From Tubiluchus corallicola (lineage: Eukaryota; Animalia; Priapulida), in NCBI GenBank assembly GCA_030141605.1, contig JAQGDQ010000007.1, forward strand, positions 1,413,173-1,477,172: a DNA stretch of 64,000 nucleotides, given 5' to 3'. Every line of letters starts with the position of its first letter. The first letter of the stretch is position 1. The position numbers and the translations under genes are program-made. The notes under the pieces are model-generated. The model saw only the letters and a program-made list of their open reading frames with translations. It made no database searches and was not told the origin of the DNA. Below are positions 12,580 through 25,633 of the stretch, one piece after another.

Positions 12580-15500
12580 CTGAAATAAAGATTTTGGAAC
12601 ATTTTTAATTACATTTGCTATTACCTAAAGTATAAATTCTTATATGATATTCTATTCTAATTAAATGCACATCGTTCACTTCCCACAGTTCTACTTGCAG
12701 CTTCACTGATTATAATCTGCAGGGCCCGACTTAATTAGATAAGAGAGGCCCTTGACTGCTCTACTTGTGAGGCCCATCCCAATGCACCACCATCGATTAC
12801 GACTATAGAAGGGGAAGAGTTTTAGTGAAGCCGAGGATGATGAATATCATAATACCGTAGTTAGTAAAAACAATGCATAAATAAAAAAACAATTGCAAAC
12901 TTTTGCAAGAACTGAGTTTTGCAAAGATTTTAAAGAATTATTGGGAATTTTTAGAAAAATTAGCCTGCTAGTTTATCTTCAGGTGATACATAAACTGATT
13001 TTTAAAAGTCTACTGCTCAGTTCGCTACAACTGGGGCAGAAATTGCCGTCAAATTGAAATAATAATTAGCTTGCTTCTTTCACATCACTAAAACAAATCT
13101 TCAATAGTTATTAGAAAAGAATAATTCAGGGTGCACCCAGAGATATTATTGAATAAAATAGAAGGCTTATTTAGAAACTAGTGCACAAAATGCATAGGAA
13201 AGACTTGTAACAGTAATAAGATAATTATACTTTACCATTACCAGAGCCAGCCCCCTCCCGGATTTTAAGGCCCCAGCTTCAGCCTGTCTAGTCTATAAGT
13301 AAATCCGACCCTGATAATCTGCATTTTCATATGCTAATACTTTGATATGCCTTTCAGTTTACGACATTGTAACATGAACCGTAATGACTGCGACCAGAAT
13401 TATTATAAATTTTGCATATCATAGTAAGAGTAATCGTTTTGTATATAAGTAAAATCTGCCACAGTAATTACAAACAGTTTGAGATAAATATAACAGCTTT
13501 ACAATAAAAGAGTATCTCTTTTCCAGCTGAATAATTAGTTTATTTACCTATTACATTTTCCTCTAATTTGCTGTCAAATATTGTAATATCTGTAACACAT
13601 CCTCGAAAGCTCTGTCGTTCTTCAAAGCCGCTTTCCACATTGTCTTGGTCTTGCCCAAAAATCAGACATCCGCCTGATTGGATTGAATCTGCGCCATCTC
13701 CAGTAAATGTACCTGTTTCTATCGTTAAATAATTAGTTAAAACTATGTACAATATGTAGCAAAAAAGACAAAATGCAAAGGCACTGCCACGCAAATATCA
13801 TTGCTATAATTTGTAAGTGACAGTACTTAAGTGAGTTCGCTTCGCGAAAACAACATCAGCCTATATTGAGAGAGCAGAATGAATAGCTGCAGCGATCACA
13901 GGACGTGATTAAACTGAACTAGAAACACATTATCCTAACTGGGTAGTCCAATAGTTGCAAACTGTTACAGTAACTGTACACAATATTTTTTAATATAAAT
14001 AAAGGATAATTATCTTTTGAATTAATAATTATTATCACTCTCAACTGTTTATGTTTTTTAATTTTTAGCATATAAGATTCATTGAAATTAATTTATACAT
14101 GTCACTTCATTGAATTCTAAATGTGAAAACTCCATGGCATATGTATAGTGCGAGGTATTATTTAAGAAGCAAGAGCTACTAAAACTTGTGTAGGTGGAAA
14201 TAAAATAATTATTTGTCTAGTGTAATGAAAAAACTAAATGGAAGCACGTTTGCACGGACCTGTTACTCCATCCACTGTTACGCAAAATGAACCGTCCATT
14301 GACCAGCCAATACAAACATAATGCCATTCATTGTCCCTCAGATTGGCTGCAATATCTGTAATCGTCCTGCCATAGTAAAATAACGTAACAGCGTTAACTG
14401 TGTATTAGTATTTAATAAAGTGTCATTGCAGCATTTACGTGGTAAACATTTCCATTCTTTCACGGTTTATTTATAATTGAATTCCATTATAAACTTGACA
14501 TTTGTGCGGCAAGTGTGGTAGTATGGACGCATTATAGGTAATTTGTTAGCGATAAGGAAACTGAAGATCATATGAGAATCTGGTATGTCACTGTTGCTCT
14601 TACTGATAAAATTGTGCTATACTATCAAATTGCACTTCTAAAAACCGATACCCCATAGAATTTCTATACCTAAGTGAAGTGTTGTTCCGACAGATTGGTT
14701 CCGGTATTTGCGAAAAAATGCGGGTTCGGTAACGGTTTTGAAGAAAATAAAAAAATCTGTGTTGGTTTGGTATTGGTTTCGAGGAAAATAAAAATCTGTG
14801 TCGGTTCGGATGGATTTTTCGGGTTCGGAACAACACTAACGCTTATACATATTTCAACATAAACTGTGAAGGTCTCTCGTTGCGTAATTACTTGATAGCA
14901 TTAGCAGCAAGATGTTTAAACATGGACAGGCAAACATCTCCAGTTTTGAAAGATATTTGTAATTTTCCACTTGTGAACACAAATGTTCATAATTTGCATT
15001 TATAGCTGATCTAAACAATAATCAATGATCGGTTAATCGGTATTGGTTTTGAGGAAATCATCATCTGTTTTCAAAGATAATCAATAATATATCGATTCGA
15101 TACTGGTTTTGGGAAAAATCGGTATCGGTTCATATCGGTTCGGATCGGTTTTTTCAGTTCGGAATAACACTCCATATGCCAGCAATAAGCTAGAATATAA
15201 TGATGTTTCAATACATTTCTAGGTATTGTTATACTACTTTCAAATAGATCATAAAATTACATAATTATAGGCCAATTTGAAAGTTGAGTTTTTCTTGGCG
15301 TACCTTTATTTTAGGCTGTATATCAACACATCATCAACGACTCATTTGCCTGAATTTCACATTTCTAAGAAAGTGTAAGAAAGAACCTTAACATTTGAAA
15401 AGTTTTGACAAATTATGTGAGACAAAAGTATAGAAGTTTTTAGAAAAGTCTGAAAAAGATCAAAGAAAAAGTTTTATTGTGAAAGAAATAGAATCTTATG

Positions 15501-18500
15501 TTAGTAGTTCGTAGTATAATCTCACTGTAGCTCTCCATTGACAAATACAAGAATGTCGTTTCCTCGCACTAAGACTAAAAACTGGTTAGATGCAGCAGCC
15601 GGACCAGTAGCATATGACATAAGTGCAATGTCATCATCTTTGGCTTCAGGATTACCAGTAAATGGGACGTCAGTTTTCATCCACTAGAAAATTACATTTA
15701 TAGTGATATTAGAGATAGCTGGCGATAGGCAATAATGCCCCACTAGTCATTATTCACGAGGTTATAGGGAAAATAATCGAGTGCAGCATTTAAATTAAAT
15801 TAACAAAATCATTACAGTCTATTTGTTCTGTCACAAAATAGATATCAGACACTCAGTTCACTAGATTGTCAAAAAGATTCGAGATTTGAGTGATTGCATC
15901 TTGGTAAAACATCATTTGCCTTCAGATTTATGTGGCCTTTTTGTTCTAGTTAGGTACTCCTACAGTATATCATAGTAAGTGATGAGTGAGAAGGTAGCAA
16001 CATTTGTTAAAAACCTATAGTGTTCATCTCTTTACCCTTCGGAACCATAGTGGACGACTATGACTAGGATAAAATCATTTCAGCAGACTCAGCTTCTTTA
16101 TGTTCCTCTGAGTTTTTTACAGAAATGAGGCTTACCATGCATGTTGTCATGGCGTCCAAATCAGTAGTGATTACATTATTTAGTTTTATATAATCTTCTG
16201 TACCACGTTCCGGAAATACAACCATAGTCTCTTCTGTAGCGTTTGTACAAGTTGGGGTCAGACCTACAACAAAATTAAAATACCTGTAATCTGATGATTC
16301 TGATTGCACTGAGGTGACATTGTGATTGATTCGGCAGGCTCATACCCAACTGAACAATAACGAAGCACACATTGGGACCACTGGGACACTTAATTGCAAG
16401 CACACCACCTTAATATAATATGTCACATTCAGCTACTGTTTATCTTCTAGTTAGGTCCAGTGAGTAGCACGTTACCATATATATTATTCGGATTCCAGCC
16501 AAAGTCTGCTGTCAGACTTACGTGCTAGGACTGCCAACCCTGAGTCCCGTCCATCGATTAGATTTTTTTGAAGCCCGTCCGTCTCCATAGTCCATCTCCG
16601 TTTCCGTGCTAAGAATGGCTAACTAAAAGCTGTTCTTTTTAACTTCTGAATGAGTGTTCTTTCGAGGCAGATTTTTGTTTTAGTCGTAGTACTTGAGGTT
16701 CTGTGCTGAAGTGTGCATAAATTAAAAGAAATTTCTAGAAAATTAACATTAAAAGCCGTTATGACATCTATTCCAAGGCAGTTGGACTCGTGGAACCCAT
16801 TTCTGTAATTTTCATTTCAACAATGACGACCGCCTTCAAAATGGCCGTCATTAGACTAGAAGAAAATCATGAAAGGAGCTTCTATAAATTTCTAGAGGCA
16901 TTTTTTCTAAAAGTGGGCAACATAGCCAATGTTAGCAAAGTTTGTTGTTGGCTTGAAAATCTAATGGAAAATGGTAAAAAATGCAAAAAATACAGTGGCT
17001 GCAAATTTTTTGCGCACACAATGTAAATCAAAACAAGTTCCCTGAAAATTGATATTATGAAGTGATGATGACATCTATTCCATTGACTTTGCTACCCGTT
17101 TCTGTTACTTTTGTACAGAAATGGTCACGGTTTTCAAAATGGCTGCCATACAAAAATAAATTGTGCCGACTAATTATATTACCTGTTTCATCTAAGGATT
17201 TATTATAAAAATATAAGGCAGGTCATTTTTGTTAATTCGACCTTGACTCTAAATACTGCTAGACTAATAACTAATATTTAAAAATGAGCAAAAAGGAAAA
17301 TGGCTGCCGTGCATTTCGTGTAAAAGTTATAAAATTTAGCGGAATACTAGAATGTCAAGGTGATTAATTTTGGATAAAATAAGTCTTGCAATATGGGCGC
17401 TATTTTCAAGATGGCCAACATGGTTCGCTGGCATATAAAGGTTATATTACATAAAATTCAAACCCATCAAAGTGATCAATTTTGGATATGAGGTCAGACG
17501 AAAATCATCCAATATTGCCACCATTTCAAAAATTGCTAAGAAGATGAAGGCTATTGCTAATTTTTTTAAAGCCGTATCTTAGCTACTAGAGCTTAAGTTT
17601 TATTTATGGGTTGCTTGGCCCCTGCATGACACCAAAATCTTCTTATCTGTTCTAATGGTTAAGATATATTATAGCCTTTACATGCTAGCGAGCCATCTTT
17701 TTGGTCATCTTGAAAATGGCGCCCATATTGAATAATTTTTTATCCAAAATTACTTACCTTGACATTCTAGCATTCTGCTAAATTTATAACCTTTACACGA
17801 AATGAACAATTTTCACGATTTTGCTGGACTATACGTCAAGCACGTCAGCGACAGCCACTATCTTTTTTGCTCATTTCTTATTATTAGTTATTAATCTAAC
17901 AGTATTTAGAGTCAACAAGGTCGGCCGTTTTGTTTTTAGCTTATTGGGCTGTTTGAATCGCTTTGTATTACTTTCATACTAGTAGCAGCTATCTAGATTC
18001 GAGAAGATCCAGTTGATTGGTTCTTGTTTGTCTAATAAATCTATGATAAAACAGTTAATGCAATAGCGTGATCGGCATTATTGCTTGGCAGCCATTTTGA
18101 AAACGGTAACCATTTTTGAAATGAAAATGACAGAAATGAGTTCCTCGGGTCCAACTGGAACCTTGGAATAGCTGTCATGTTGCCTTCTTAATATTAATTT
18201 TGTAAACGTTTCTCTTAATTTACGTTGTTTGCACAAAAACTTGGCAGCCATGTTTTTTTGCGTTTAGCCCCTTTCCGCTAATTTTTCGAGATGGCAACAG
18301 GTTTTTCGGATTCAGAGTAGTTAAACTGATAAGACTGGCTATGTTGCCCATTTATAAAAAAGACTAGACTATATATGCTTTTCCTAGTTACCCTTTATAT
18401 GTAAATCGCATTTAGAATGTATCCAAAATTTTACCACACTAGGCTTATTTGCGGTAAGTTTCATTTAAACGAAAATGTATAAAGCTGTAGCCCTTTAACT

Positions 18501-19904
18501 GCATGCAAGTCATTACACATGCAGAAAAACGTGTAACATGATAAAATGTTGAAGGACATCATAATAAGCACTGTAGATACACATTCGTGGAACTGTATAT
18601 GCCCGGGGAAGTGTATAACATTTGCGTAATCCTTATGCATTACTAAACATATTAAATTAAGTACGCTATTAAAGGGAAACTAAATATTAAACATACGTTT
18701 GCATTTAATTTTAAATTCAACGAATTTAGCATAAAAGCTTTCTTCTAAATTAAGTCTATTATACACGTACATCGACTAATATTAAAAATATTCACATATT
18801 ACGTGTTACGTAATTCTATCTGCGTCAGCCTGATACACGTATAAATGTAATTTGGTCTACTTACTTTGAAGGTCTGTCACAGAAGATTCCACGAAGCTTT
18901 TATACTGAGTTAGATCGCTTTGTATAGAATCATATCTCGGGAAAGTGAATCTTGTAGGATCATATCGATTGGCACCTATACAGTTAACATAATCAAAATG
19001 TAGCTTCAGTGAAAATATACTAAAAATTGATTGATGTTTTCAAGCTGAAAAACATAACAATATTTTATCGGTCTTCCCATGACTGCGGATAACCGCTGAA
19101 AAAGCAAAAAACTCGCAGTTACACTGGTTTACAACTTTACATTACAAAAGATAGTAACCAGAATCGGGAAGAGCCAATGGCTAGTTCGATATTACTGTTA
19201 CTGAAGTAGCGTTACTATGGCTTCACACTTGGTCTGTAATCTAAAAGGGAGGCTTGCTCTAAATAAATAATACGCTAATACTTCATGATATCAACTCTCG
19301 ATTATTTAAATTCGTGTAATTCATGTTGTCAACAAATGAACTCGTTTATCTGTTTCTTCATGGTAATCCACACTTAAGTATATCTGTTAATATTCAAGTA
19401 TTTAAGCTTGTAAAGAAATTTATATTTCTAACTAAGCGCTTCTAGTCTCTGTACTAGTTTATATTGATTACAGAGTAATATTTATTTATTTCTCAACATT
19501 CTGCTATGTATATATTTATGCTAGTAGTCATACTGTAATGCTTCTACTGTTTGTCTATTACCTGCACTCTACTAAGTGCCACATTTCATTGATGAGAACA
19601 TTTATCATTTGTTAGAAACTGTCTGTTCAAGCCATGTTGCAATATTTCTTATTCAATAAAAATATATTGAAACTGTAAATGTAAAACTTTACGTGAATGA
19701 ATTTTACTGTAAATCACGTATCTCTGCGTCTCCTTCCCGTTTGTTTGGTTATTGAACTTATACCAATCGCTTATTTATTTTTGATTCAGGAAAAAACCAA
19801 ATGACTTGATTTGATCAATACTTACGTCGTGTATGAATCTTTACGGATGGATGTGCGCTTGATTCGGCAATAAACGTCATTAAAATAACTACTGCAGTAT
19901 TCAT
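12281..19904 (-). CDS. Secreted pentraxin-domain protein (gene A), 7 coding exons, ~348 aa
   Basis: Exons 19826-19904, 18865-18975, 16136-16263, 15526-15683, 14260-14366, 13548-13712 (or 13718) and 12281-12579. All introns are GT-AG with compatible phases and there is no internal stop. Pentraxin motifs: FP..TEDY, TTCMWMKT, SYAT, WHYVCIGWS, GGCLIFGQDQD, QSFRG. Signal peptide MNTAVVILMTFIAESSA. Confidence 0.88.
12720..13313. mobile_element. Non-autonomous hAT element (MITE) in last intron of pentraxin A
   Basis: Ends cagggcccgactta / taaatccgaccctg with a perfect 8-bp TSD ATAATCTG. Confidence 0.8.
13548..13712 (-). CDS. Pentraxin A coding exon 6
   Basis: GTFTGDGADSIQSGGCLIFGQDQDNVESGFEERQSFRGCVTDITIFDSKLEENVI, G|gtaaat. 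An alternative in-phase acceptor lies at 13718. Confidence 0.88.
14260..14366 (-). CDS. Pentraxin A coding exon 5
   Basis: ggcag|G...ACAG|gtccgt; TITDIAANLRDNEWHYVCIGWSMDGSFCVTVDGVT, containing the pentraxin HxCxxW signature. Confidence 0.85.
14678..15170. mobile_element. Small MITE with partial duplication
   Basis: gtgttgttccga (14679) / tcggaacaacac (14826) inverted ends with internal cggtt repeats. A second right end tcggaataacac lies at about 15160. Confidence 0.5.
15526..15683 (-). CDS. Pentraxin A coding exon 4
   Basis: ttctag|TGG...CA|gtgag; WMKTDVPFTGNPEAKDDDIALMSYATGPAAASNQFLVLVRGNDILVFVNGEL. Confidence 0.88.
16136..16263 (-). CDS. Pentraxin A coding exon 3
   Basis: gttgtag|GT...ATG|gtaag; LTPTCTNATEETMVVFPERGTEDYIKLNNVITTDLDAMTTCM. 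Confidence 0.85.
16700..18370. repeat. Long imperfect inverted repeat (foldback element) in pentraxin A intron
   Basis: 17310-17420 vs 17700-17805, 17240-17310 vs 17850-17925 and 16750-17200 vs 18030-18360 are reverse complements. Rich in aaaatggc/gccatttt motifs. Confidence 0.7.
18865..18975 (-). CDS. Pentraxin A coding exon 2
   Basis: tatag|GT...CAAA|gtaagt, 111 nt, phase 1-1, open frame ANRYDPTRFTFPRYDSIQSDLTQYKSFVESSVTDLQ. Confidence 0.75.
19826..19904 (-). CDS. Pentraxin A coding exon 1 (signal peptide)
   Basis: ttcag acceptor at 19915, ATG at 19904, MNTAVVILMTFIAESSAHPSVKIHTR, C|gtaagt phase 1. Confidence 0.75.
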
Positions 19905-20013
19905 AATTGTACAGCTGAACTACATAAAAATGGATGCGTAAAATTGCATATTAGCTAAATGACAGATTATAAACGTGTTGTCATGAAAAAAGAACAGTGG
20001 TATGTAAGCTCAC

Positions 20014-20090
20014 CTAACACAGATTGCATAAAGAGGTAGTCACGTGCAAAGGAGCCAGTTGAATGAAAACATGTACAATAGTATATATCA
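20014..20090 (-). promoter_or_regulatory. Candidate non-coding first exon and TATA box of pentraxin A
   Basis: AG|gtgag donor at 20013, a 99-nt intron to the acceptor at 19915, and TATATA at about 20082-20088. Confidence 0.4.
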
Positions 20091-20169
20091 ATGGTAGACT
20101 GAAATTTTGTTCTAGAACTAAAACTGACCAAAACTGACTGAAAGACAAAAATCGTCAAGGTCCAATTTC

Positions 20170-20642
20170 AGAAGCAATGCACTAGGTTCGAGCTCAATTC
20201 AAATATTCTCTCCGAGCATGTAAGAGAAATGAGCAGGTTATTGTTGCTGATCGGAGAGCCTACAGATATATGCACTGTAATTCATATCAATTCTGGGCAT
20301 CCATTAAAAAGGAGTCAAATTCTAAGCAACTCTCCTCCCTTCCCGCATTGGGTAAACCACTGGCGAAAAGCAAATATGTGATATGTGGAAGAACCACTAC
20401 CAGGCACTTCTTAATTCTCTTGACAATTGCGATCTACCAATTAGGCTAAAGGAATCTCTGACTACCAACCTAAACAATGCTCCTGCAATCACTGTAAGAG
20501 AGGTTCAGGATGCCATGTCTAGCCTGTCTCACCACAAAAGTCCAGGCCCTGATCGGCTCCAAGCGGAATATTATACATACGCAACTGGGCTTCTACCCAT
20601 ATTGCTAGCTTTAATTTATACATCTTGCATTGCTCATAGTTT
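20170..20642 (+). mobile_element. LINE ORF2 fragment (pre-RT region)
   Basis: FWASIKK..ICDMWKNHYQALLNS..ITVREVQDAMSSLSHHKSPGPDRLQAEYY..LLALIYTSCIAH; the KSPGPD motif is typical of non-LTR ORF2. Confidence 0.75.
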
Positions 20643-21780
20643 TCCAAATGCACTGCAAAAGATTTGGGACCAGTCATGGGATGCTAGTTTGGACTTGAAG
20701 TCTGCGACAGTGCTATCATTAAAGATTCTAAATTTTGAAACTACTGGTTTTGAATGAAGTGCTTTCAAGCTAGTTACTGAATAAATGGGAAATTGGTCAG
20801 ATATGTCACTGTAGAGAATGCCCGAGTTTAGGTTGTCATTTGACACACAGTTTGTACATATATTATCGATTAAAGTTGCTGAGTAAGTAGTAATTCTTGT
20901 TGGTTGCTGATTAAGGGATACAATGAATGACTAGGTAGGCAATTGAGAAAAGATTCAGTTCCTTCGTGTGAGTCACAGTTAAGCAATTTTAAGTTGAAAT
21001 CGCCGCAGACAAAGATGTGTTTGTTTTTATCAATTATTTTAGAGAGAAGATTATCTAAACCATCAAGGAATACTGGGATACTGGTACCCGGAGGTCTATA
21101 TAACACTCCAACTAAGACCATTTTTGTATGTTCTTGGGTAATTTTAACAAACAGTGATTCACAGGTTAGTTCATCGAAACAGTCTAAGCCATTACGAGGT
21201 TTACTGTTTAAATCATCCTTTATATACAGGGAAACCCCTCCACCTGTTCTCTGTTTGCGGGTTTTTGAGTAGTGATTATAATGTTTTATTGAAAACTGAT
21301 CTTTATTCTGATCATTAAGCCAGGTTTCTGTAAAAGATAGTATCGAAAATTCACCATTCAGCGTGGACAGTATAGTCACACTTTAATCTACCTATTCTGT
21401 TATAGAAGTTTAGGTCTGTATCAAAATCTGCATATTGTGAAGACAATAATCTTTCATTATAATCAAATGGATTTAGATGTAATCCAGCAAGTTGTAAGGT
21501 AACTGAATCGGGTATATCGATCAGGTCAATAGCGTTTTTGAATTGTATTTCATTTTCTATATTATTGAAGGGCAATATATCTGCAAGACAATTTGTACAG
21601 TACCACAAATCTACACTAGTTAAAACACTGTCTTGCTCTGTCGTTAGATTACATATCAAGTGTTGCCAAATTCCACAAACCTTACATAACAGACCTTTGT
21701 GGTCATTCCGTACCTTATGAAAATATCTGTATACACGCCCTAAAACAACATAAAACAACGCGATCTTCGCTTTCAAAACC
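20634..21780 (-). mobile_element. CR1/Crack-like LINE fragment: PHD finger plus APE endonuclease, frameshifted
   Basis: LLCKVCGIWQHLIC..WYCTNC (PHD), then FTETWL, GGGVSLY, LYRPP, CGDFN and ISDQFPI (endonuclease), split over three frames. Confidence 0.85.
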
Positions 21781-22152
21781 TCTTAATTTCACGTCATTTT
21801 TGTAATAACTTAATGAAAGACGCCTTTGATGTTAAATTTACTTTTGTTTAATTTCAAGCTGGTAATTACGGTTCTATTCCTGGGCCAATACATTCGGGCG
21901 GATGCTTAATATTTGGACAGGATCAGACTGATGTGGGCACTGGTTTCACAGCAAGTCAAAGTTTTCGAGGAATGGTGACGGGTATCATTGTAGCAATAGG
22001 CTATAGGTAATGAGATTTATTAAGCAGACAACACTGACTGACAGTTCTTTTACAATGTACTTAATGTTTTTATTCTGACTGCTGTTTCTAGTTAGTCGGG
22101 GGCTTAGTGGTCAATGGGCAGCTTGGCTTTCATCGCTGCTTGGGGATTTTCT

Positions 22153-23496
22153 CAGTGCCAGATTAAGGCTCTGCTGGCCCTAATGCCCATTTTGATAAGT
22201 GACCTGAAACCACAGATATTTTGGGCTCACCGACGAAAAGAAAATCAGTTAAACTTAGAAAAAGAAAATTTATTGAGTAAAAATTTAGAACAACCAATAT
22301 TTTTTACAGTAATTACTATTGGTACATGTGCCCATATGCTTAGTTCGCCCTTGGCTTTCTTGGACTTTTTCAATGGACTATGTTTTACGATATACCCCAT
22401 TTCCTGTCAGGACCAATACTTGGATTTCTTAAGTGTATTGCTACAGTTTCATGGCCAACAAAAAAGGAAATTCTTCAGAGTGTTGCTGAGCTTCACTCAT
22501 TTCAGCAGCCTAGCAGAAGACTCACTGGCTCGTCAATATCGATGACAATGGAAAAAGTGAGTTTCTTTTCAGACAGTAATTTTCTCCTGATGTGAACGAA
22601 CTTTAACCCTATTATCATTTGGTCATGCACCATTTGGTTGTCATTGGTTTCATAGGAGCTGTCAGTAAAACTATAATTTTTAGCCAAGATTTTCAGTTCG
22701 GCGAATAAATTGTCAATGCATTCATTAGGACCCTGCTCGAAAGGCATAACATTCATACACTGAGTTAGCAGGGGCAGCAAAATACTGTTGCAAAGTGGCG
22801 CTTTCGCAGATTCATAGCTATCTAGTCGACTGCCTACAGAATCTTGAATAACAAGTTTTAAACCTCGCAGAATCCTTGTAACATCTAACTCCATCCTATT
22901 CAGAAGCCAGGAGTTTTTGAGATCAGCAGTCAGCGGAATAGCTTGAAAGCTTAACCAGTCTTCAAAATCTTCCACATACAGCTTATACTACGCCCTCAGA
23001 GCTTAAGCAGCAAGATTAAAAGGACCAGGTGCAAGAGAAAATATCTTGGACAACTACAGTGACCCCCTATCATCATGAGATGTATTAGGACCAGACATGC
23101 TTTACACAAGAAGTGCGAAATTTAAACTGTAGCAGGTATTCCTCTAAAAGAAACACACGATAGATTAATTTCTTAAAGAAAAACAAAATAGCAGAGCCTT
23201 TACGACAAAAAAGCAAACAAAATTATCACATGGTTAACAAAAAATAAGGTGCTATTCATCAACTATGTTAAGTTAAAATTTTCGACAAACGTTCCTGTCA
23301 GAATGGTGTCTCATTCATTCGTTATTGCAAAGGTCACAGTAAAAAATACAAAACATTTATTTACGTGTAAAAATAAAGGAAAGAAATTTTTATCACCACC
23401 TGAAAACTTATGAATTTTTTCCTGATTTTTTGTGGCCCGATTTTTGGCTGGCCTTAAGGCGTGTGCTATGTTTGCCTAATGATTAATCCGGCACTG
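22153..23496. mobile_element. Non-autonomous hAT element containing a Gypsy gag fragment
   Basis: Ends cagtgccagatta / taatccggcactg with a perfect 8-bp TSD GATTTTCT. Confidence 0.8.
22502..23098 (-). pseudogene. Degenerate Ty3/Gypsy (Mag-like) gag fragment
   Basis: EQGPNECIDNLFAELKILAKNYSF..MVHDQMIIGL...IRRKLLSEKKLTF resembles the Q..E....F..L..LA..C.F..IRD..V.G....R.KLL...LTL gag pattern. Confidence 0.65.
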
Positions 23497-25004
23497 GATT
23501 TTCTCCCAGTCATTTCCCTTGACAAAGATCCCTAAAACATAGTAATATGCTCCTTGCAAAGTCATGAACAAATGAATAGGTCAGGGCTAAAGGGGCCATT
23601 TGAAAATGTTTTTATGTTTGATAAACTACCTGATGGGTTAAGAAACGTCTGAAGAAATATTACGGCATCAGATCTGGATTCAGTTTTTTCGAACTTAGAG
23701 TGCTACGTACGAATAAAGATAATAGGCCTAAATGTTTTTTGTGAAATTATCATACTGATTAAAGTAGTAACTGAGTAACACTACTTGCTTGAAAGTTTAA
23801 TAAGTTATTTTCATAGTAATTGCGTCACGATAATGTACATAATTTAGACATGGGTACTGGTGTGCTTAGTTACGAAAGTTCAGGAATACTGAACCAGTTT
23901 ACCAAACGGATGAGTATCGTTAGGAAAATTGCATCTGGGCGGTTTTGACTGCACCTTAAGCCTTTATTTGTTGAGTTTCAGTGATGCAGGTTCTATTTTC
24001 AACTTAATGAAATCACCCTCAAGTGAATTTCTGACTAGCTAAAGACGAACGTTCCATAAACTTCTAAATCATATAATATTGTAATCACAATTCTTACCAA
24101 ATAAGTATTCATTTTTTCGCGTTTGAACTGCTCCAGTATATTCGCATCTGTCATGTGTCACAAAATTTATTTTGAACATAATAGCAATTTACTAAGATTA
24201 AAACATTTTTTCCAGATTCGATGATGGAGTCCTGTTTAAATAATGATGACTCCTACATCTTTAATTGGGAAACCCCAGTTATGCAGCTTATTGGTGGTTT
24301 GATGAAAGGTCAATCTACCTGCCCTGGACCAATTGAAATGGAAAGAGTGTGTGCTCTGAGAGAAGATGAGTTAGAAATACTCTTTGACTTCATCACTGGC
24401 ATTGCCAAGAAAACAGCTTCGCTAATTTACATAATTTCTGACGAACTTAGACAAATTGGGGCGCGCCTCAGTACGTCTAGGCCTAGGTCTAGATATTATA
24501 ATTAAAATGGAGATGCCTATAGTAACATTGTCAATTGATTTTTTATAGCTGGCCCAGTCTGAAAACACCCGGATGTACTGTATATATCTGTAAAGCTATA
24601 CAGCTATACCTGTAGTTCGATTTTACATGGGATTTTAAATTTTGCTTTTTGTGTATTTTATGTAGATCGTTGTGTGTTTTGTGTATTTATGTAGATCGTT
24701 GCCCTGAATGACCATTGGTCTTGTCTAGGTCTAGTGCGATTAGCATAATTTCTCTGAAGAAATATGTTAGGTACTCGTTTAAAAAACACTTGTGCATTTT
24801 TCTTGAAAGTTCTGGAAGGATAGAGGTCGTATGAATTTCAATAAATAAAAATTTACAGAGTCTGACTTTTGCATTTTCATTTTTTGCTCGTGTGCCATGT
24901 ATTGAAAAATCCAGTACAGATAAAGGTGTTATAACTACACAGTCATTTAGCATCTTCAGAAAATGTATAAAATTTATAGATAACAAGCGAGCTATGATGT
25001 TTCG

Positions 25005-25032
25005 ACTACAGCAGGACATTATTATTATTATT

Positions 25033-25127
<95 letters not shown>

Positions 25128-25601
25128 TATTATCATCATTATTATTATTATTATGACAGTCAAACCGGATTGCAAAAAAAATTGACGCTAAGCGAGTTTG
25201 GCATTATAAATAGAGCGTTATTACGAGTTATGATCGTCGTTGTCATCGTCGTCGTCATTGTCATCATCATCATCATTATTAGTATTATTTCATTTCGAGC
25301 ATAAAAATATACATATCGTAGATTTTTCCTTTATTATTTTAATGTTTATTTTACTGCGTAATCCACCAAACAATTATTTTGCATGCAGTTATTAGCACGA
25401 TTCATTTAACAGAATGACAATTGAAAAATAATAATGGGGCAAGAGTTTACAGCCCGAGTATACAACTTTTTAACAGCTTTATAATTAAGGTTGAGCATAA
25501 TTGCAAACTCTATTACAAAAAGTGCGAGAATTTGAGATGGGGGAGATAAGGAGAAGATAATTATGGCGAGGAAAGAACGGAAGCACGTGTGTGTGTGTGT
25601 G

Positions 25602-25633
<32 letters not shown>

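Larger units (their letters stand above)
21859..24505 (+). pseudogene. Pentraxin paralogue C, last two exons only, inverted relative to gene A
   Basis: Exon 21859-22006 reads GNYGSIPGPIHSGGCLIFGQDQTDVGTGFTASQSFRGMVT. Exon 24216-24505 reads SMMESCLNNDDSYIFNWE..STCP..ERVCALREDELEILFDF..TASLI. The first exon has an apparent 17-nt loss giving a phase mismatch, and no upstream exons precede the LINEs. Confidence 0.7.

Noticed and set aside
20383-20757. 124-aa ORF as a gene
   Set aside because: It is a chimera of a LINE ORF2 fragment read through into the antisense strand of a second LINE.
22114-22595. Plus-strand 143-aa and 71-aa ORFs
   Set aside because: They lie within the hAT element, antisense to gag, and have no recognisable motifs.
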